In this document: piece after piece, positions 27,894 through 32,089 of the stretch
How the letters are laid out: the number at the start of each line of letters is the position of its first letter
How positions within the stretch are numbered: position 1 is the first letter of the stretch
Assembly: GCA_963787125.1 (NCBI GenBank)
Contig: CAWBBV010000008.1
Location: forward strand, 1-32,089
DNA: 32,089 bases
Reading direction: 5' to 3'
DNA from: an uncultured delta proteobacterium
GTDB taxonomy: Bacteria > Desulfobacterota > Desulfuromonadia > Geobacterales > DSM-12255
The notes under the pieces: model-generated
What the model saw: the letters and a program-made list of their open reading frames with translations, nothing else
Told to the model about the DNA's origin: nothing
Databases searched by the model: none
Translations under genes and position numbers: made by a program

Positions 27894-30800
27894 TTATCTT
27901 AAAACATTTCCTTTGAGCCTCCGCTGAACCTGATCAAAGTAATAGTAGATAACCGGAGTGATGTAGAGCGTCAGCAGTTGCGAAACCAGTAGTCCGCCGA
28001 CAACCGCCAGCCCCAGAGGTCGGCGTGACTCGGCCCCTGCTCCCAGACCGAGCGCAATCGGCAGAGTCCCCATGAGGGCTGCCATAGTCGTCATCATGAT
28101 CGGCCGGAATCTAACGACAGCACCCTTGTAGATCGCCTCCATGGAGCTCTTGCCGCTGTGCCGCTCGGCTTCGAGTGCAAAGTCGATCATCATGATGGCA
28201 TTCTTTTTGACGATACCGACCAGCATGATGATACCGACAAAGGAGTAGAGATTCAGATCCTTGCCGAAGATAAGCAGGGTCAAGAGGGCCCCGAATCCTG
28301 CTGAGGGCAGACCGGAGAGGATTGTCAGCGGATGGACATAACTTTCGTAAAGAATCCCGAGAACAATGTAAATGACAACGATGGAGAGGATCAAAAGGAC
28401 GGCAAGACCTTTGGTTGAGGCCTGATAAACCTGGGCCGTCCCCTGGAAACCGGTGGTAACAGCGGCAGGAAGCGTTTTTGCCTCCTTTTCGATAGCGGTG
28501 ACAGCATCGCCGAGTGGAATGCCCGGCTTCAGATTGAAAGAGAGAGTGACGGCCGTAATCTGACCGAGATGGTTGACCGACAAAGGGCCGACCCCGGGCT
28601 TGAGACTCCCGAGTGCCGCCAGAGGCACCAGTTGGTTATTGTTGGAGCGGACATAAAGGAGTCCAAGTGCGGCAGGATCGAGCTGGTACTCGGGCAGCAG
28701 CTCCATGATTACCTGATACTGGTTTGAAGGTGAAAAGATGGTGGAAACCTGGCGGTTGCCGTAGGCGTAATAAAGGGCGTCCTCGATCTGCTGAGCGGTG
28801 ATGCCGTAAGAAGCGGCGCGATCCCTGTTTATTGTCATGTTGATCTGCGGGTTTTTAATCTGCAAATCGCTGGTCACATCCTGAAGCATGGGCAGTCCCC
28901 GCAGCTTCCCTTCAAATGCGGCGGCGCTCTTGTAAAGCTCCTCCGTATCGGGAGACTGGAGAACGAACTGGTACTGAGCTTTGGAGAGGGTCGCCTCCAG
29001 TCTTATGGGGGGCGGATTCTGCATGAACATGATCATGCCGGGAATCCCCATCACTTTTGGCCGGAGCTTCTGGATTATCTGATCGGCATTGAGTTTCCTC
29101 TCATGGCGCGGTTTTAGTTTCATAAACATGAAGCCGCTGTTTGAACCGACCCTTGAGCCACTGGCGCCGGCAGACGACATGAACGCTTCGACATTGGATT
29201 CCTGAAGAACAATTTCGGCCAGTTTCATCTGGTTGCGCTTCAACTCTTCAAAAGAGACCCCTTGTGCCCCTTCCGTGAATGCGAAGATCGCACCGATGTC
29301 GTCAGCAGGTAAAAGTCCCATCGGCATTTTAGTAAAGAGCCAGACCGTCACCAGGGTCATTGCCAGAGTCAGGACGACTGTCGTGCGGCGAAACTTCAGA
29401 ACAGCAGATAGGGATCTTTTATATAGATTAAGAACCCTGTCAAAAAATCGCTCCATGAGATTATAGAGCTTGCCGTGCTTTTCCTCACCATGGGGCTTTA
29501 AAAAGCGGCTGCAGAGCATGGGTGTCAAGGTCAGGGAAACCACTCCGGAGATGAGAATAGAGACGGTGATAGTAATAGCAAATTCATGGAGCATCCGGCC
29601 AAGCATCCCGGCCATAAAAAGTACCGGAATAAAAACCGCAATCAGCGAGATAGTCATGGAGAGAATCGTGAAACCGATCTCCTTGGAACCTTTATAGGCG
29701 GCCTCCATAGGTGTCTCACCCATTTCCATGTGCCTGACTATATTTTCCAGCATGACAATGGCATCATCAACGACAAACCCTACAGAAAGCGTCAACGCCA
29801 TGAGGGTGATATTATTAACAGAAAAGCCGAGGGCATACATGGCTGCAAAGGTGCCGATGATAGAGAGCGGCAGAGCCAGACTCGGTATTACGGTTGCAGA
29901 GAGATTGCGCAGAAAGAGGAAAATAACCAGAATAACCAGGCCGATAGTCAACAACAGGGTAAACTTGACATCACTGACAGACTCGCGAATCGTATCGGAG
30001 CGGTCAAAAAGGACGTTCAGTTCAACCGAGGCGGGGAGCGTGCTGCGAAAGGCGGGAACTTCCTTTTTAATCTTGTCGACAACTTCTATGGTGTTAGTTC
30101 CAGGCTGCCGCTGCACAGCCAGAACAATCGCCCTTGTCGAGACACCTTTGGTGTTATACCAGGCTGCAACCTTATCGTTCTCAACGCCGTCAGTAACCGT
30201 GCCGATATCCTGCAAGCGGATCGGAGAGCCGTTCCGGTAAGCAACGACCATCGGCCGGTACGCCTCAGCATTATAGAGCTGACCGGTCGCCTGAATAGTA
30301 AAAGCCTGATTCTTGCCATCCAGTTGGCCGGTCGGGATATTCACATTCCATTTGGCGAGGGCTGTGCCGACTTCATCTATCCCCAGCTTTTTTGAAGCGA
30401 GTGCTCTGGGATCCAGTTTCACTCTGACGGCATATTTCTGGGAACCATAGACCTGAACCTGCGCCACGCCATTAATCATCGATATCCGCGGTGATATAAC
30501 AGTGTCGGCAAACTCGTTGATTTCAGAGAGGGGCAGAGTTGGTGAACTCAGGGCCAGATAGATTACCGGTTGGTCAGCAGGATTAACCTTCTGGTAGGAA
30601 GGGGGTGTAGGCATGTTCTGCGGCAGCTGCCTGGCTGCCTTGGAGATAGCTGCCTGGACATCCTGGGCAGCCGCATCAATGCTTTTTTCAAGATTGAATT
30701 TGAGCGTAATGATCGACACGCCCTGACCGTTGGTGGAGGTCATGGAATCAAGGCCGGAGATAGTGGAGAACTGCCGCTCCAAAGGCGTTGCCACAGCAGA

Positions 30801-30979
30801 TGCCATTGTCTCCGGGTTGGCACCCGGGAGTGATGAATTTACCTGGATGGTCGGATAGTCGATGCTTGGGAGATCGTTTACCGGCAGAAGTCTGTAGGCA
30901 AAAAGACCAAAATCATGACGGCCATCATGATAAGGCTGGTCATGATGGGGCGCTTTATGAAAGGTTCAGAGATATGCAT
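27894..30979 (-). CDS. RND efflux permease (MdtB/MdtC-like) with a -1 frameshift near the 5' end
   Basis: VVDDAIVMLENI, KKNAIMMIDFA and RFRPIMMTT. Start MHISEPFIKRPI at 30979 joins the main frame if one base is added to the A4 run at 30909-30912. Confidence 0.92.
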
Positions 30980-30982
30980 CCC

Positions 30983-31402
30983 TTAAAGCCCCGCCTTTGC
31001 CTTTGCACCGCTATTGTTCTTCATTCCAGGTGTTTTTGCCGGATCAGTCTGGCCAGATTTGCGAATCTCGATCTTTGCGCCGGGACCAAGTCGTATCTGC
31101 CCGTCTGTGACGATCTGCTCACCGGCTGCAAGTCCCGCAAGTATCACAACCGCTCCTTCAGCCCGCGCACCTGTTTTTACCGGTCTGATATCAACAGTCA
31201 TATCTTCTTTGACAACGAAGACATACTCGCCTTTCTGGCCGGTCTGCACGGCCTGTGACGGGACGGTGACGGCATCTTTGAGAGAGGGAAACATTATCCG
31301 GACCGAAGCAAACTGTCCCGGCCAGAGGCGCTTTGTCCCGTTTGTAAAGAAGGCTTTCAGTTTGATGGTACCGGTCGAACTATCAACGTTGTTGTCAATA
31401 AA
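30983..31402 (-). pseudogene. 3' part of RND periplasmic adaptor (MdtA-like), interrupted by IS
   Basis: FIDNNVDSSTGTIKLKA, LWPGQF and VTDGQ motifs. Homology stops at ~31402. Confidence 0.88.
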
Positions 31403-32089
31403 CCCGAATCCGCAAATCTCTGCCGGACACATTCAGGCAGCGTGAGTTCGGGGGTATTTTTTCAGTGAGCTCCCTTTGATGGGAGTCGAAAACACATATT
31501 TTCTCTAAAATTCAAAAAGTGACGCGCTATTTGCCTCTTCAGACGATGTTTTTTGCCGGACTGAAGACGAACTGCCCCCTTGTTCTTGCTTTTTTGTTCT
31601 TTGACAATCTCGTTTTCAGCTTTTCTTTAGCAGGTTACCGGCTGAAGCCTGCCGATTCTTGCCTGAATCCTGTCAGGGCGAAGTTTCTCCAGCCACCAGC
31701 CGTTGACTTTCAGCAGGCTCTTGCGGGCATGATTGACCACGATTGCCGCACTACGCAGCAGATAATCCTGAATGGTCTTGATCCGCCGCCGTACCGGTGT
31801 TAAGTGACTGTCCATCTCTCCGTCACCAGCTTCATCCCGCCACTGCTGACCCAGCAGGATAAGCAGGTTGTAGGCCATGGTCCCCAAGGTAAGGAATACT
31901 TCGTTGACACTGAAGGTCTGGGAGGGGAGTCGCTCCAGATCCAGGTCGTGCTTGAGTTCCTTGTTCGCTTCTTCTGCAGCTCCACGCCCCCGATAGAGTT
32001 CGAATGCCCGCTGCGGGGTGACTTCTTTGGGTAGATTGGTGGCCAGTATGTGGTAGCGGACGTCATTGAGCAGCAGTGGCTGTCCTTTC
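31403..32089 (-). mobile_element. IS1380-family element, 3' end (partial)
   Basis: Transposase C-terminus. Candidate terminus CCCGAATCC at 31403 coincides with the adaptor breakpoint. Confidence 0.75.
31627..32088 (-). CDS. IS1380-family transposase, C-terminal part
   Basis: Open frame to the window edge: ATNL...YRGRGAAEEANKELKHDLDLERLPS...MAYNLL. Confidence 0.88.
   Translation of the reverse strand, partial: KGQPLLLNDVRYHILATNLPKEVTPQRAFELYRGRGAAEEANKELKHDLDLERLPSQTFSVNEVFLTLGTMAYNLLILLGQQWRDEAGDGEMDSHLTPVRRRIKTIQDYLLRSAAIVVNHARKSLLKVNGWWLEKLRPDRIQARIGRLQPVTC

Overview
Bacterial DNA, most likely Geobacteraceae/Desulfuromonadales (tmRNA tag ADNYDYAVAA, gene content). The left ~19.4 kb is an accessory defence/mobile region. 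It holds two IS21-family elements (one carrying a passenger outer-membrane gene, with a 5-bp target duplication), an IS630, an XRE regulator, a doubly disrupted type IIG/ISP-like restriction-modification gene, an intact EcoAI/EcoEI-like type I R-M operon and an orphan ParB. The right part looks like core genome: MFS transporter, hydroxyacid dehydrogenase, ssrA-smpB, YyaL/DUF255, TPR, HhH, Cmk-like-BON, DUF502, RlpA, and an RND pump whose adaptor is cut by an IS1380. The most striking signal is three unrelated small genes (GIY-YIG nuclease, GxxExxY protein, four-helix-bundle protein), each tied to its own family of short palindromic repeats. One repeat family also occurs as a gene-less hairpin inserted in frame in hsdS. 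Several single-base frameshifts in short homopolymers may be assembly errors.
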